A DNA stretch of 64,000 nucleotides, from the NCBI RefSeq assembly GCF_006345805.1, contig NC_043010.1, forward strand, positions 23,312,001-23,376,000, given 5' to 3'. The notes beneath the pieces were generated by a model. It had not been told where the DNA came from, ran no database searches, and saw only the letters and a list, made by a program, of their open reading frames with translations. This document shows, one piece after another, positions 26,201 through 39,795 of the stretch. Made by a program: the position numbers and the translations under genes. Each line of letters begins with the position of its first letter. The stretch's first letter is position 1. Source of the DNA: Octopus sinensis. Its lineage: Eukaryota.

Positions 26201-26370
26201 AAAAAGTAGAATATTAGGATTGTAGAATTCAAAAGTTTTGAGACTAAAAACAAGGAGAGTTTCTGTTGGCTTGAGTTGAAATATGCTTCTTTGGTTACTG
26301 ACGGGAGCTGTGAAAAGATATTGACGGGAGCTATGAAAAGTACGTCTTGTCACGACGAATGCATAAAATG
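23234..26370 (-). mobile_element. CR1-type LINE, 5' portion (5' UTR, ORF1 remnant, AP endonuclease, start of RT)
   Basis: TETHL, VRADR, GLYRPP, MGDFNLPH, SDHD endonuclease motifs; GPD...NYRPISLTS start of RT; frameshifted. Confidence 0.9.
25290..25496 (-). repeat. ~48-57-bp tandem repeat x4 inside the LINE ORF1 region
   Basis: Unit 'caagtcaagtttcactgttgctacaacaac...actctgcta', reading as LLQQQQQHSATSQVS in one frame. Confidence 0.85.
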
Positions 26371-26714
26371 TATGTATATAATGCATATATAGTTATATTC
26401 TCTGTGTGAGTATATATCTATGTATATATATATATGTATATATATGTATGTATATATAATATGTATATATATATGTATATATATGTAATATATATGTATA
26501 TATATGATATATATATTTATATAATATACATATATATATATATACATATATATATATACATATATATATACATATATATTCATATATATACATATATAAC
26601 ACATATATATTTATATACATATATACATATAAAATATACATTATCTATATATATATATATATATATAATATATATATATCTATATATATATATATTATAT
26701 ATATACATATATAT

Positions 26715-27995
26715 ATATATGTATAAATGGAACAAAAACGCAATAGAGGGCACTAAACATACGGACGGATAGGCGACAGAAAGGCATTCTAGATAAAATA
26801 TTTAGAAGGGCAGGCAGAAAAAGACGGGTCATTTTGGCTTTCATTCTGCAGTCATGTACCAGAAGTCACGACCGTTTCGGAGAACAGTTATACTTGAGAT
26901 GGTTCGATCTTGTTGTCCCCAAAAAAGTCTAAGCTAGTGCAAAACACAAAAAAAAATATATCCCCCAAAAATAAAAGAAACAAACAAACGGAGAACATGG
27001 TATAGTCTTTCGACTGAGAAAGATTCAAATTGATTTGGGCGGTATGGACTGAAAGTTTATGTATGTATGTATGTATGTATGTATGTATGTATGTATGTAT
27101 GTATGTATGTATGTATGTATGTATGTATGTATGTATGTATGTAGTATGTATGCAGAGAAAAAGCCGTTTTCTAACCTCGACCCAAATGTGCTTCATTGGA
27201 ATTTCAACATCAACAACGAGATTTGTGTATTTTATATATGTGTGCAGATTTGTTTTATGTGTGCAGATTTGTATGCTTTGTTTCATATATGTATTCTCAT
27301 GCATACATTTGCATATCTAGACATGCTCATATGTATTTAAATGATAAACTTCTGGCAAGTTCCAAAGATTTTTACAGTTCCAGTAATGGATTAGATCTGT
27401 AGTCTTCGAATCAGGTTTCTCCTTTCTGGTTTTGAGAATGCCTAATTTCTCAAGATTGGTATTTTGGCAGTGTTTTACATATCCCAGGGCCCCAATAATT
27501 GCAGGTATATATATGTATTGAAAACAAACTTATAAGAGCCACGAATGAAATGAAAGAAATTCTTTATTTTAAAATTTCTACAATTGTTTCAATATCTTTT
27601 TACCTCCTTAGTACATTGTTGAGATGTTGTGTTATCATTATAATGCATTTGAAAAGTTTAAAATGCACTTCTTCAGATGAATGTGTTTAATAAGTCTTTC
27701 GTTAGATCTTACCATCATGTAAGCATGCTTACTCAAAGTGATGTGTCATTTCCAGCAGTTTACAAGAAAAAGTAAACCCATAGGTGTAGTTAGAGACAAA
27801 ACAATTATAATCAAAATATGAAACTTATAAATGAATAGGGAAAAAAGGGAATCAGGTTGACTATACATTACAATTCTATTTTCAGGGTCAGATTATAGGA
27901 CAACGACGAGCAGAAGGAAAAAGAAGGAAAAGAAGACAAAAAAGAAAATATGATGATGATGATGATGATGATGATGGTAGTTGTTGTGGTGGTGA
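26715..27995. repeat. Right arm of the ~1.3-kb inverted duplication (includes a minus-strand copy of the RLE-LINE 3' end)
   Basis: Reverse complement of 20340-21615 with scattered substitutions and indels. Confidence 0.92.
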
Positions 27996-28403
27996 TTGGA
28001 GTGGTGGTGGTTGTGGTGCTTCCTCGTCGGAAACCATGTTGGGTGTCAGGCAGCAAGTCATTTTCTCAATCTTATATATATATATAATATATATATACAT
28101 ATATATATACATATATATATACATATATACTAATATATATATATATATTATACATCTATATATACATATATACAATATATATATATATATATATATTATA
28201 TAATACCTATATATATATATATATACATATATACATTATATATATAACATATATACATTATGTACCTTATAACATATATACATATATACATATATATACA
28301 TATATGCATATATTTAATATATGTATATATATATGTATATATGTATATATTTAATATATGTATATGTATATATATATATGTATATATGTATATATGTGTA
28401 TAT

Positions 28404-28439
<36 letters not shown>

Positions 28440-28734
28440 GTATAATATATGTATGTATATATATATATATATATGTTTATATATATATATGTATGTATAT
28501 ATATATACGTTTTACATATATATATACATATATATATATACATACATATATATATATATATATACATACATATATATATATATACATACATATGTATATA
28601 TATATGTATATATATATATATATGTATGTATATATACATATGTATGTATATATATATGTATGTATATATATATATATGTATGTATATATATATATATATG
28701 TATATATGTATACGTATATATGTATATATATATA

Positions 28735-29133
28735 TAAAACATTATTGCTGAATTGAAGAAATGGAGCTGAACGCAGATTGAACAGAAATCGTTTTATTTC
28801 ATTCTACACGTGTTTCGAAAGGCACAAATTACCAAAATCCGATTGAATAATGGGACCATATTGTGTCTTTCTCTTCAGGAAGAAAATAGGAAATCCGTTT
28901 CGCCATGGGCTCTTAGGAGCATAGTTCGATTTGTTTTTGCTCCGCCTCTGTTCTGTTTTTGTTTTTCCAACGGATTTCCTATTTTCTTCCTGAAGAGAAA
29001 GACACAATATGGTCCCATTATTCAATCGGATTTTGGTAATTTGTGCCTTTCGAAACACGTGTAGAATGAAATAAAACGATTTCTGTTCAATCTGCGTTCA
29101 GCTCCATTTCTTCAATTCACCAATAATGTTTTA
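28735..29133. repeat. 165-bp near-perfect inverted repeat (28735-28899 / 28969-29133), 69-bp spacer
   Basis: One mismatch seen by eye; identical ORF starts on both strands in the track. Confidence 0.95.
28980..29073 (+). ncRNA. Type I hammerhead with extended stem II (mirror copy on minus at 28795-28888)
   Basis: tattttcttc-CTGAAGA-gaaagacacaa[...]ttgtgcctttc-GAAAC-acgt-GTA-gaatgaaata. Confidence 0.85.
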
Positions 29134-29353
29134 ATTTCAATTATCCGCACCAACGCACGGTTGCAACACCATATGGTTGTACCTCCAACCGTGCTGTTTA
29201 CTGCTGTGATTTTTGCTACTAAGGTATCGGTTAAACTTTGATTAATCTACTACAAGATTATTCATCTTTCTATTTCACATAATATATATATATATATATA
29301 TAATATATATATATATATATAATATATATTATATATATGTAATAATAATAATA

Positions 29354-30240
29354 TGCAGGATAATTATATGCAGTTTAATGCTGAAACGTTCCAGGCCCTG
29401 CGCTACCAGCATCCAGAACTAAATATTAAACTTACAGGATACAGCGGTCCACAGGGAATTTCAATCCCAGAGCCTAAGTCTGTGAGGGACCTGGGTATCG
29501 ACATGAGTGATGATACCTGTTTCCAAGTGCACATTACCAGGATGGCGACAAAGTGCAGACGACTGGCTGGGTAGATCCTAAGAACATTCAGAACCAGAGA
29601 TAAGGAAACCATGATGGTCATCTGGTGGACATTCGTTCTCAGCCGCCTCGTTTACTGCTCACAGCTATGGTCATCCACCAGTGTAAAATTAACAGCGGAC
29701 CTTGAAGCCATCCAGAGAAGATTCACAAAGAAGATCGTCTCTTTGCAACAGCTCAGCTACTGGGAAAGGTTGAAACAGCTAAGACTCTACTTCCTGGAGA
29801 GAAGACGGGAGAGGTATGCGGTAAAATATATACCTGGAGGATCCTGGAAGGAATTGTGCCAAATTTTGGCATTGTAAGTTACACCAATGCTAGAACGGGA
29901 CCAAACTGCATAGTGCCAAAGATCCCAGCAATGCCATCACGCTTCAGGATCAGTTTCTGCAACAGCCTGGGTTTCAAAGGCCCACAGCTTTTTAATATTC
30001 TCCCAGAGAGTCTGAGGAACTTGCACAAAGTAGATGTAGCGGTTTTTAAATCAAGCTGGACATGTTCCTGTCAAGAGTCCCAGATGAACCTACTTCACGG
30101 CAAGAGGTGCAAATGGGAGTAGCTATATCAAACTCCATTCTTCACCAAGTGCCACATATTAGACGAGGTTCTTCGTAATAACAGTGTAGCACAAAACGGC
30201 GGTGCATCAGCATGGCCGCAGCTCAGAGCTAAAACTAGAG
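29354..30240 (+). mobile_element. CR1-type LINE 3' fragment (family B)
   Basis: MQFNAE..VRDLGI, YCSQLW, LERRRERY; ends 'ggcggtgcatcagcatggccgcagctcagagctaaaactag'. Confidence 0.88.
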
Positions 30241-30323
30241 GGAAAAAATATATATATGTATGTATGTATATGTATGTATATCTATATGTGTATATATATA
30301 TATATGTATATATGTATATATGT

Positions 30324-31779
30324 ATACTTTGATACTTTGATACTTTGATAGGTTTCGGCCATTATTGGCCCAGGCCATGTCTAACTTAATAGCACCACCT
30401 GGTGAAGTCTTTCAAGTCAGAATTTGGGCACTATGGCCCACTCAAGTAGAGAGTTATTGTTTACAGAGACATATCCGGGTGTAGGGGGTTTATCCGGGAT
30501 TTCTTGAAGGAATCTGTCCAAAGACTTCTTGAACCCTATAGGGTCAGTTTCTTTTTTAATGTGTTTTGGTGTAATGTTAAAGAGAGCGGGGCCAATTGAA
30601 GGTGAAATAATTGTGCCGTATTGTTGTTATGCGATGAGAGTGCGATTTTTGTTTTGGGCGGATGGCACGGGGCCCAAGCCTTGGATGTACCTTAAAGGTG
30701 ATGCCAACATCATTTGGGCAATGCTGATGGAATATTTTCCACATCATGCAGATGATGTAGCGCTCACGACGACGTTGGAGAGAATAGAGTTTTAGCTTTT
30801 CTAGTCGACCCCAATAGTCGAGGCCTATCATGCCATCTATCTTTTTTGTGATTGCCCTTGAGGTGCTTCAACTTTTATGATACCTTGTATTGTGTGGGGA
30901 GACCACAGTGGACAACAAGTATCAAGGTGGGGTCGGGAAAAAGTGGAGAAGAGAAGGATAATGGTGTGGATATCTCTCGACTGGAAAGTTCTGAGAATCC
31001 AGGAACAATTCTGCGGGCCATGTCAACTTTGGTGTTTATATGAGTGGCCCAGCTTACGGTTGTCCCACACTCCCAAGTCTCTGATGTTGTTGGACGCCGC
31101 GAGAGTTTCACCTGAAGGAAGGGAGTATGGGAGTTTCAGGGCATCCTATTTCCAAAGTGGATTAATTCAAATTTATCCTCGTTCAGCAGCATATTGTTTT
31201 TTTCTGCCCATTGGATAACAGCCAGTAGATCTGACTGAAGGCATGTCCGGTCACTCGCCTCATTTATGACCTTCTGTAGCTTGGAATCATCTGCAAAGAT
31301 TTTTATGTTGCTGTACTTGATGATGTCATAATGTCATTAATGTAATGATGAAAAGAAGTGGGCCCAGCACAGTGCCTTGCGGAACGCCACTACTGACTTT
31401 GGCTGGGCTTGATTTTAACCCCTTCAACTACAACATGTTGAGATCTGTCTGTCAGGAAACACTTGATCCTTTCAGTAACTTTCCAGAGACACCAATGTTG
31501 GATAGTTTTTTCAATAGGATCTTGTGATCGACCCTGTCGAAGGCCTTACTGAAATCAAAGTAATGACATCGGTGTTGGAGCCCTCTCCCAAAGCTCTCAA
31601 AATGTCATCAAAGTGATGCAGGAGCTGCGTTAGGCAGTCCCTTCCATTACGGAACCCATGTTGGTTAGAGATCAGCCGTCTGTTGCTTTCCAGAAATTGG
31701 GTTATTCGAGATCTCACCACCCTCTCAAATATGCTTTCCAGAAATTGGGTTATTCGAGATCTCACCACCCTCTCAAATA
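30324..31779 (-). mobile_element. CR1-type LINE 3' fragment (family A-related) with (TCAAAGTA)n tail
   Basis: [38 protein letters not shown]; 3' UTR shared with 49740-49800. Confidence 0.88.
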
Positions 31780-31817
31780 TATATATTATATATGTATATA
31801 TTATGTATATATATATG

Positions 31818-31848
<31 letters not shown>

Positions 31849-32012
31849 TATATGTATATATGTTTATATATATATATATGTATATATGTATGTATATGTA
31901 TATATATATATATGTATATATATGTATATGTATATATATATGTATATATATGTATATATATATGTATATATGTATATATGTATATATATGTATATATGTA
32001 TATATGTATATG

Positions 32013-32044
<32 letters not shown>

Positions 32045-32181
32045 CTATACATATATACATATATACATATATATATACATATATATACATATATATATAT
32101 ATACATTATACATATACATATAGTATATGTAGTAAATATAATATATTATATGTATATATGTATATATATATGTATATATAT

Positions 32182-32213
<32 letters not shown>

Positions 32214-32231
32214 GATATATATATATATATC

Positions 32232-32262
<31 letters not shown>

Positions 32263-32282
32263 TAGTGTATATATATATATAT

Positions 32283-32402
<120 letters not shown>

Positions 32403-33790
32403 GAGAAAATAACTTGCTGCCTTATACCCAACATGCTTTCTGACCAGAAAGAAGCTGCTTAACTCAACTCCTACAACACTATGACTGGGTGCTGAAACGA
32501 CTGCTCAACCACTCAAATGTTGAAGTGATATATCTCGACTTTGTAAAGGCCTTTGATAAAGTCGATCACGGAATGATATGTCACAAACTGCGTGATCTTG
32601 ACATAGTTTGAAAATTGGGAGAATGGCTTCATGACTTTCTGAAGGATAGAAGTCAGGTGGTAGTAGCCAATGGGGCCACTTCCATTAACACACAAATAGT
32701 GAGCGGTGTTCCGCAAGGCACTGTTATGGGACCTTTACTGTTGATAATGGCCCTCTCAGACATGCCCTCAGCCACGCAGAGAGTCACGATCACAAGTTAT
32801 GCAGATGATACAAAAGTTTCACAGGCAATACAGAACCCTGAAGTCACTAAGCACCTGCAATGTTAGCTGGACAAAATATACAAGTGGGCTGAAAAGAATA
32901 GCATGCAGTTCAATGCTGAAAAGTTTCAAGCTTTATGCTATCAACATGCAAAACTAAATGCAATACCCAATGAATACACTGGACCTGGAGGGATTGCAAT
33001 CCCAGAGGCACAATCAGTGCGAGACCTGGGTATTTACATGAGTGATGATGCAACCTTTCATGTGCATGTTGCTAAATAGGCAATGAAATGTAGGTGGCTG
33101 ACCGGATGGATTCTTAGAACCTTTAGAACAAAAGACCAGGAAACCATGATGGTCCTCTGGAGGACACTTATCCTAAGCCACTTTGACTATTGCTCTCAGC
33201 TATGGTCACCATCCAGTGTCAAGTTAATCACAGAACTTGAGGTGATCCAACGAAGCTACACGAAGAAGATAGCCTCTATGTAGCATATAAGCTACTGGGA
33301 AAGACTCAAGAGATTAAGACTCTATTCCTTAGAGCATAGGCGAGAAAGATATGCCATAATATACATCTGGAAGATCCTAGAAAGACTTGTCCCAAACTTT
33401 GGCATCGAGAGTTACACATATGCCAGAGCTAGGCGCCACTGCATAGTGCCAAGGACTCCAAATTTGCCATCAAGATGTAGGACGAGATACTGTGATAGCC
33501 TGGGCTTCCGAGGCTCACAGCTCTTCAATATCCTCCCGAAGAACCTAAGAGACCTGCATGGGGTGGATGCAGATGTCTTTAAAATAAAACTAGATCTCTT
33601 CTTGTCAGGTGTTCCAGATGAACCAACTTCACGGTAGGAGGTGCAGATGAGGGCAGCTGCATCGAACTCTCTCATGCACCAAATGGCAGTTGCTAAAAAG
33701 CATTCGTGAAGTAAAATCATGTAGCAACACCAAATGGCGGTGCCCCAGCATGGCCGCGGCTTGTGATCTGAAACTAGATAAAAATAAAAA
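32403..33790 (+). mobile_element. CR1-type LINE RT/3' fragment (family B-related)
   Basis: [31 protein letters not shown]; multiple stops. Confidence 0.9.
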
Positions 33791-33902
33791 CTAAAAAAAT
33801 TATATATATATACACACATATATATGCGGTGCCCCAGCATGGCCGCGGCTTGTGAGCTGAAACTAGATAAAAATAAAAAATTAAAAAAATAATAATATAT
33901 AT

Positions 33903-33948
<46 letters not shown>

Positions 33949-34181
33949 TATATATATATGTATGTAGCAATACCAAATGGCGGTGCCCCAGCATGGCCGC
34001 GGCTTGTGAGCTGAAACTAGATAAAAATTTTAAAAAATTATATTATATATATATATATATGTATGTGTATGTATGTATATATATATGTATGTATGTATGT
34101 ATATGTATGTATGTATATATATATATATACATATATATATATGTATGCATATATATATACATGTATGTATATGTATGTATG

Positions 34182-34223
<42 letters not shown>

Positions 34224-34505
34224 CATATATATGATGTATGTATGCATATACATATACATATACGTATATGTATGTATGTATGTATATATATATATATAAT
34301 ATACATATATATATGTATGTATGCATATACATATACATATACGTATATGTATGTATGTATATATATATACATAAATACATATATATATATATACATATAT
34401 ATATGTATGTATGCATATATATATACATGTATGTATATGTATGTATGTATATATATATAAACATACATACATATACATATATATATGTATGTATGTATAT
34501 GTATG

Positions 34506-34538
<33 letters not shown>

Positions 34539-34550
34539 GTATGTATGTAT

Positions 34551-34720
34551 GAACCAGAGATAAGGAAACCATGATGGTCCTCTGGCGGACATTCGTCCTC
34601 AGCCGCCTGGATTACTGCTCACAGCTATGGTCACCCACCAGTGTAAAATTAACAGCGGACCTTGAAGCAATGCAGAGAATATTCACAAAGAAGATAGTCT
34701 CTTTGCAACAGCTCAGCTAC
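34551..34720 (+). mobile_element. Short CR1 family B fragment
   Basis: Closely matches 29592-29761. Confidence 0.8.
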
Positions 34721-34849
34721 TGAGCCTATTTGGATTCGCCTGTCTATATAAATGTGGAGATGCTGGCAGACCATTAGATCGTTCGATGTTGCCTGATCGA
34801 GCCGGTGTAGTGGATGAGTTTCCCTAGCATTTCTAGATTTATAGGAAAT

Positions 34850-34908
34850 ATTATATTGACAAGGAAATGAACCTCTGGTTCTAATCCAGAAACGATTTCG
34901 TCTATAAT
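34850..34908 (+). ncRNA. Decayed hammerhead motif
   Basis: attata-TTGACAA-gga..gaacctctggttc..tcc-a-GAAACGATTTCGTC-tataat; perfect 6-bp stem I. Confidence 0.5.
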
Positions 34909-35124
34909 TAATCCTAATTGGCTGGGGTTTAGTTGTTTTCTTTCTCTTTACCATATACGGGTTGAAAATTCTGTTTGTTTGTGGAGACTTTTTTTACTAG
35001 TAGGAGAAATGGTGACCTATTTTGGCTGCCATTTCTAATATTTTCGGTATGTGGTTTTGAGCAACACACACACACACACACACACAACACCACACACACA
35101 TATATAATATATATATATATATTA

Positions 35125-35617
35125 TATATAATAACTCAACTTGTGTGTCTGTGTGTGTATCTGTGTGTGTGTCTCTGTGTTTAACTTCCTGGCACATCTC
35201 CTCCTAACCAACAAATCGTAGAACCACCAAAAATAGGTCACTTAAAGTTTAGGCGAATGAAAATTGAACTGTGCTATTTCTGTTCCGAAATTCATCTCGC
35301 AAGTGCAAAAATCGATAATGTGTTTTTTTAGGCCTTATCCATGCATTGAATAGTGAACTTTACTCAGTCAGCTGTTTGACGTGAACTGTGTTCACCACGC
35401 GTGCAAGCATGCGTAAATTGCGTGAAAAATAAAAAAAATCGCCGTAAACATTGTAAAAATTCGGCAAAGAAATGAATTTTCGGGATGTAGCCTGGAAGTT
35501 TTTTCGTTTAATATATATATATCATTATATATATATATGTATTATATATATATGTATGAATATATATATAGTGTATATATATTATATATATATATATATA
35601 AATATATATTATGTATG

Positions 35618-35666
<49 letters not shown>

Positions 35667-35679
35667 TATATATATATAC

Positions 35680-35715
<36 letters not shown>

Positions 35716-36008
35716 AATACACTATATATATATATATATATGAGAGTATGATAGAGGAAGGCTATTTCTCCTTCCGTAGAAGAAAAATTCAAATCGGACC
35801 ATGTTAACACCAAAAACTATTTACATCAAAAAGGTGCTTTTTTTCTATGAAAATCCCTATTTTTACGATGTTTTGACTGCTGTGACGTCATTTTTCGGTG
35901 TATTTCACTTAAAGAGAATAACAAGGTACATACTGCCAAATTTTTACTTTTCAAAAATTCCAATTCTAAAGAGTCTAAACAAACCGCAACGCCGAGCGAT
36001 ACTGCTAG
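35125..36008 (+). mobile_element. Non-autonomous Helitron-like element interrupted by (TA)n
   Basis: 5' (TGTG/TCTG) tract; 3' end 'ccgcaacgccgagcgatactgCTAG|T' (degenerate GC hairpin plus CTAG). Confidence 0.55.
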
Positions 36009-36516
36009 TATATATATATATATAAGGCGTTTTTCAGCCCAAGTCCATAGTAGAAGACACTTTCTCAAGCTGCGAGGCAGTGGGACAGAACCCGGATCCA
36101 TATAAGGAACCCTATAAGGATCCTGTAAGACTTTCTTTATTCTTTTTAATAAACATTTACTTGTTATCTGGGACAGATTTCTAACCAGGTAAGCAAGCTC
36201 GTAGGAGTTCCCTATATGAGTCAGAAATTCATAGAGTCTCCCCACTTGGTTCAAATCATCCCCGTAGGAGCATATTTTTATAGCGGGCGGCACCTGAGCA
36301 CAACGTACACACAGAAAGAAATAGATTGGCCGAATCGGTAGAGTGGCTGGGATAGTATGTCACGGGGCACAGTTCATTACCTTTCCATTCTGAGCTCAAA
36401 CCTCGCCGAGTTACACTGTCTTTCGTCATTCTAAAACTGATAAAATAAGATATCAATTACGTATTGAGTGCAATCTTATCTACATTTCTATCTTGAAAAT
36501 TATTTGTAATTCATAA

Positions 36517-36915
36517 AGCGGCGAGCTGGCAGAAACGTTAGCACGCCGGGCGATATGCGTAGCCGTATTTCGTCTGCTGTTACGTTCTGAGTTCAAATTC
36601 CGCCGAGGTCGACTCTGCCTTTCATCCTTTCGGGGTCGATTAAATAAGTACCAGTTACGCACTGGGGTCGATGTAATCGACTTAATCTGTTTGCTTGTCC
36701 TTGTTCGTCCTCTCTGTGTTTAGCCCCTCGTGGATAGTAAAGAAATATGTATTTCGTCTGTCTTTATGTCCAGCGTTCAAATTCCACCAAGGTCGACTTT
36801 GCTTTTATCCTATCGGATTCGATAAAAAAAATGCATCAGTTAAGCACTTAGGTCGTAGTAATCGATTTGCCCCACTACCCTGAAATTACTAGCCGTGTGC
36901 CAAAATCTGAAACCA
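36517..36915 (+). mobile_element. Dimeric Meta/MESC-like SINE
   Basis: Same head and body as 13238. Confidence 0.8.
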
Positions 36916-37019
36916 ATATTTGTACATTCATAAATGCCACCATGCTGTATGTGCCTAGAGAGAAATAGATGAGAGATTAAAGAGAGAGAGGAGGAGAGAG
37001 AGAGACTGAGGAAGAGAGG

Positions 37020-38520
37020 CACTATGACAGAGAAAGAGAAAGAGACTGAGCAAGAGAGGGACTATGAGAGAGAGAGAGAAAGCGAGAGTGAGAGTGAGTG
37101 AGAGAGGGGGAGCAATGTAGCAAGCAAGAAATTCAATAGAAACGAGTAACGGCAATAGAAGAGCTAAGAGGATGCCATGTTTTATCATGGCTACATTTAT
37201 AAACTAATTTTGATGGACAGAAATAAAAACAAAATAAAACGATATTAACGTCTTATAGAATAACGAGTGTATATTTAATTATCATTGACCATTTTTTATT
37301 AGTATTTCTACTATTTTACTCAACAACAAACACGTTATTAGTACTTTATAGTCAAGTTAAGGAATTTTGATCCATCCTCTCAAAGAGAAAATAAACTTGT
37401 GTTTTTGATGAGTTTCGTAAAGTCGGGACAGCCTTCATTAATCATAATTTAAATCTAATTATCATTCGCTGTTGTCGTTGTTATTGTTAATGGCCACACG
37501 CCCCCCTCCTGGCTCTTACACCCCTGTCTCCTTCAAAATAACCAGCTTTATCGGTTTGTACTAGTTGCAACAGTAAATGACGCAATAACATAAAACCAAA
37601 AGAGTTGAACACAAATCTTGCAGTGAATCGATCAATAAGAAAATCGAACCAACTGAGAGAGGAACAAATGGGAAAGAAGAAGCACACTGAGTGAAACATC
37701 GCTTTAATTAGATGTTGACACACAAGTNNNNNNNNNNNNNNNNNNNNNNNNNNNNNNNNNNNNNNNNNNNNNNNNNNNNNNNNNNNNNNNNNNNNNNNNN
37801 NNNNNNNNNNNNNNNNNNNNNNNNNNNCACTATGACAGAGAGAGAAAGAGACTGAGCAAGAGAGGACTATGAGAGAGGAGAGAAAGCGAGAGTAAGAGTG
37901 AGTGAGAGAGGGGAGCAATGTAGCAAGCAAGAAATTCAATAGAAACGAGTAACGGCAATAGAAGAGCTAAGAGGATGCCATGTTTATCATGGCTACATTT
38001 ATAAACTAATTTTGATGGACAGAATAAAAACAAAATAAAACGATATTAACGTCTTATAAATAACGAGTGTATATTTATTATCATTGACCATTTTTATTAG
38101 TATTTCTACTATTTTAACTCAACACAACACGTTATTAGTACTTTATAGTCAAGTTAAGGAATTTGATCCATCCTCTCAAGAAAAATAAACTTGTGTTTTT
38201 GATGAGTTTCGTAAAGTCGGGACAGCCTCATTAATCATAATTTAAATCTAATTATCATTCGCTGTTGTCGTTGTTATTGTTAATGGCCACACGCCCCCCT
38301 CCTGGCTCTTACACCCCTGTCTCCTTCAAAATAACCAGCTTTATCGGTTTGTACTAGTTGCAACAGTAAATGACGCAATTAACACTAAAACCAAAAGAGT
38401 TGAACAAATCTTGCAGTGAATCGATCAATAAGGAAAATCTGAACCGAACTGAGAGAGGAACAAATGGAGAAAGAAGACACTGAGTGAAACATCGCTTTAA
38501 TTAGATGTTGACACACAAGT
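37020..38520. other. Assembly gap (100 N, 37728-37827) with unmerged ~700-bp overlap on both sides
   Basis: 37020-37727 is repeated at 37828-38520, differing mainly by small indels. Confidence 0.9.
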
Positions 38521-38664
38521 AAAGTAGTGTTGATGCCGTTGTTTACTTGTCTAATTTTATTTCTTTTATTGCTGTGTCTGTTTTCTTTTTCTGTTATTTA
38601 TTTATTTATCTTTTCTTTTTAAAAATAATATAACACGCAAAAAAAGATTCTATAATATTTAAAT

Positions 38665-38723
<59 letters not shown>

Positions 38724-38942
38724 CTACACATATATAAAATTTAGAGGACTGACCACTAAAAGTGGACAGCCTATATGCTAGATATAGATGTCAAATCGCT
38801 ATTTTCCACGAAGAATGTGTTTGTCCACTTTTAGTGGTCAGTCCTTTAATTTTTAATCTTCAATTTTTTTAAATATGCTAGGCCACTGGTTTTAATTGAT
38901 TAATATCAATTTTTCCCATTTTACTTATAATATATATATAAT

Positions 38943-38978
<36 letters not shown>

Positions 38979-39160
38979 ATATATATATCAACATACATAC
39001 ATATACACATACGTACATACAACATACAGACGCACGCACACACATATGCATACATACGTACATACATACATACATACATACATACATACATACATACATA
39101 CATACATACATACGTACAAATAAGCATAGATATGTATATTTTTAGACAAGAATATTATTG

Positions 39161-39205
39161 ACAGTGACTATGGAGTTCCGGCAAGTTAAGCCATCGTCAG
39201 ACTGC
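39161..39205 (-). ncRNA. Hammerhead motif (A13G) inside a longer hairpin
   Basis: gcagt-CTGACGA-t-ggc-ttaactt-gcc-GGAACTccatAGTC-actgt. Confidence 0.55.
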
Positions 39206-39743
39206 TTAACGGCTTCGAAGTCACTATCAATGACATTCCTGTTGAAAAATATTAAACTTTTACTCTACAAAAGTACAAAGATTCATATAAATTTCTTTAT
39301 GTAACTGAGCGTAAAAACAAACATTAACACATTGTATATATGTGTGTGTGTGTGGTGTGTGTGTGTGTGTGCGTGTGTGTGTGTGTGTTTGTGTGTGTGT
39401 ATGTGTGTGTGTAGCATTCACTATCTTTCTCCTCGTTCAGGTTTAACGACCCTCCATGCTTGTTTTCGTTCGGTTTCTTTCTATGTCTCCACTGTCCTGT
39501 TTTTGATCCTTTGACCCTCCATAAATCCAAAATTTTATTTTGGTATTATTGGGACCAACTGTCTTCGAAATGAGAAATAGATAGACAGGCGACAACTGAT
39601 GAAAGGTCATTCTTTAAGTTACTTGTCCTGTTTTCCATTGTTTTCTCTCGTTGTTTGCGTATTGAACACATTTGTTTTCGTATTTAATGTTGTTTCCTGT
39701 TGGTGACGTCCTATACCCATATATGCATATGAATGTATATATT

Positions 39744-39795
<52 letters not shown>

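Noticed and set aside
37020-38520. Apparent 700-bp tandem duplication
   Set aside because: The copies flank a 100-N gap and differ by small indels: an unmerged contig overlap.
39565-39615. GAAA...CTGATGA as a type II hammerhead
   Set aside because: No stem III/NUH or stem I pairing between the motifs.
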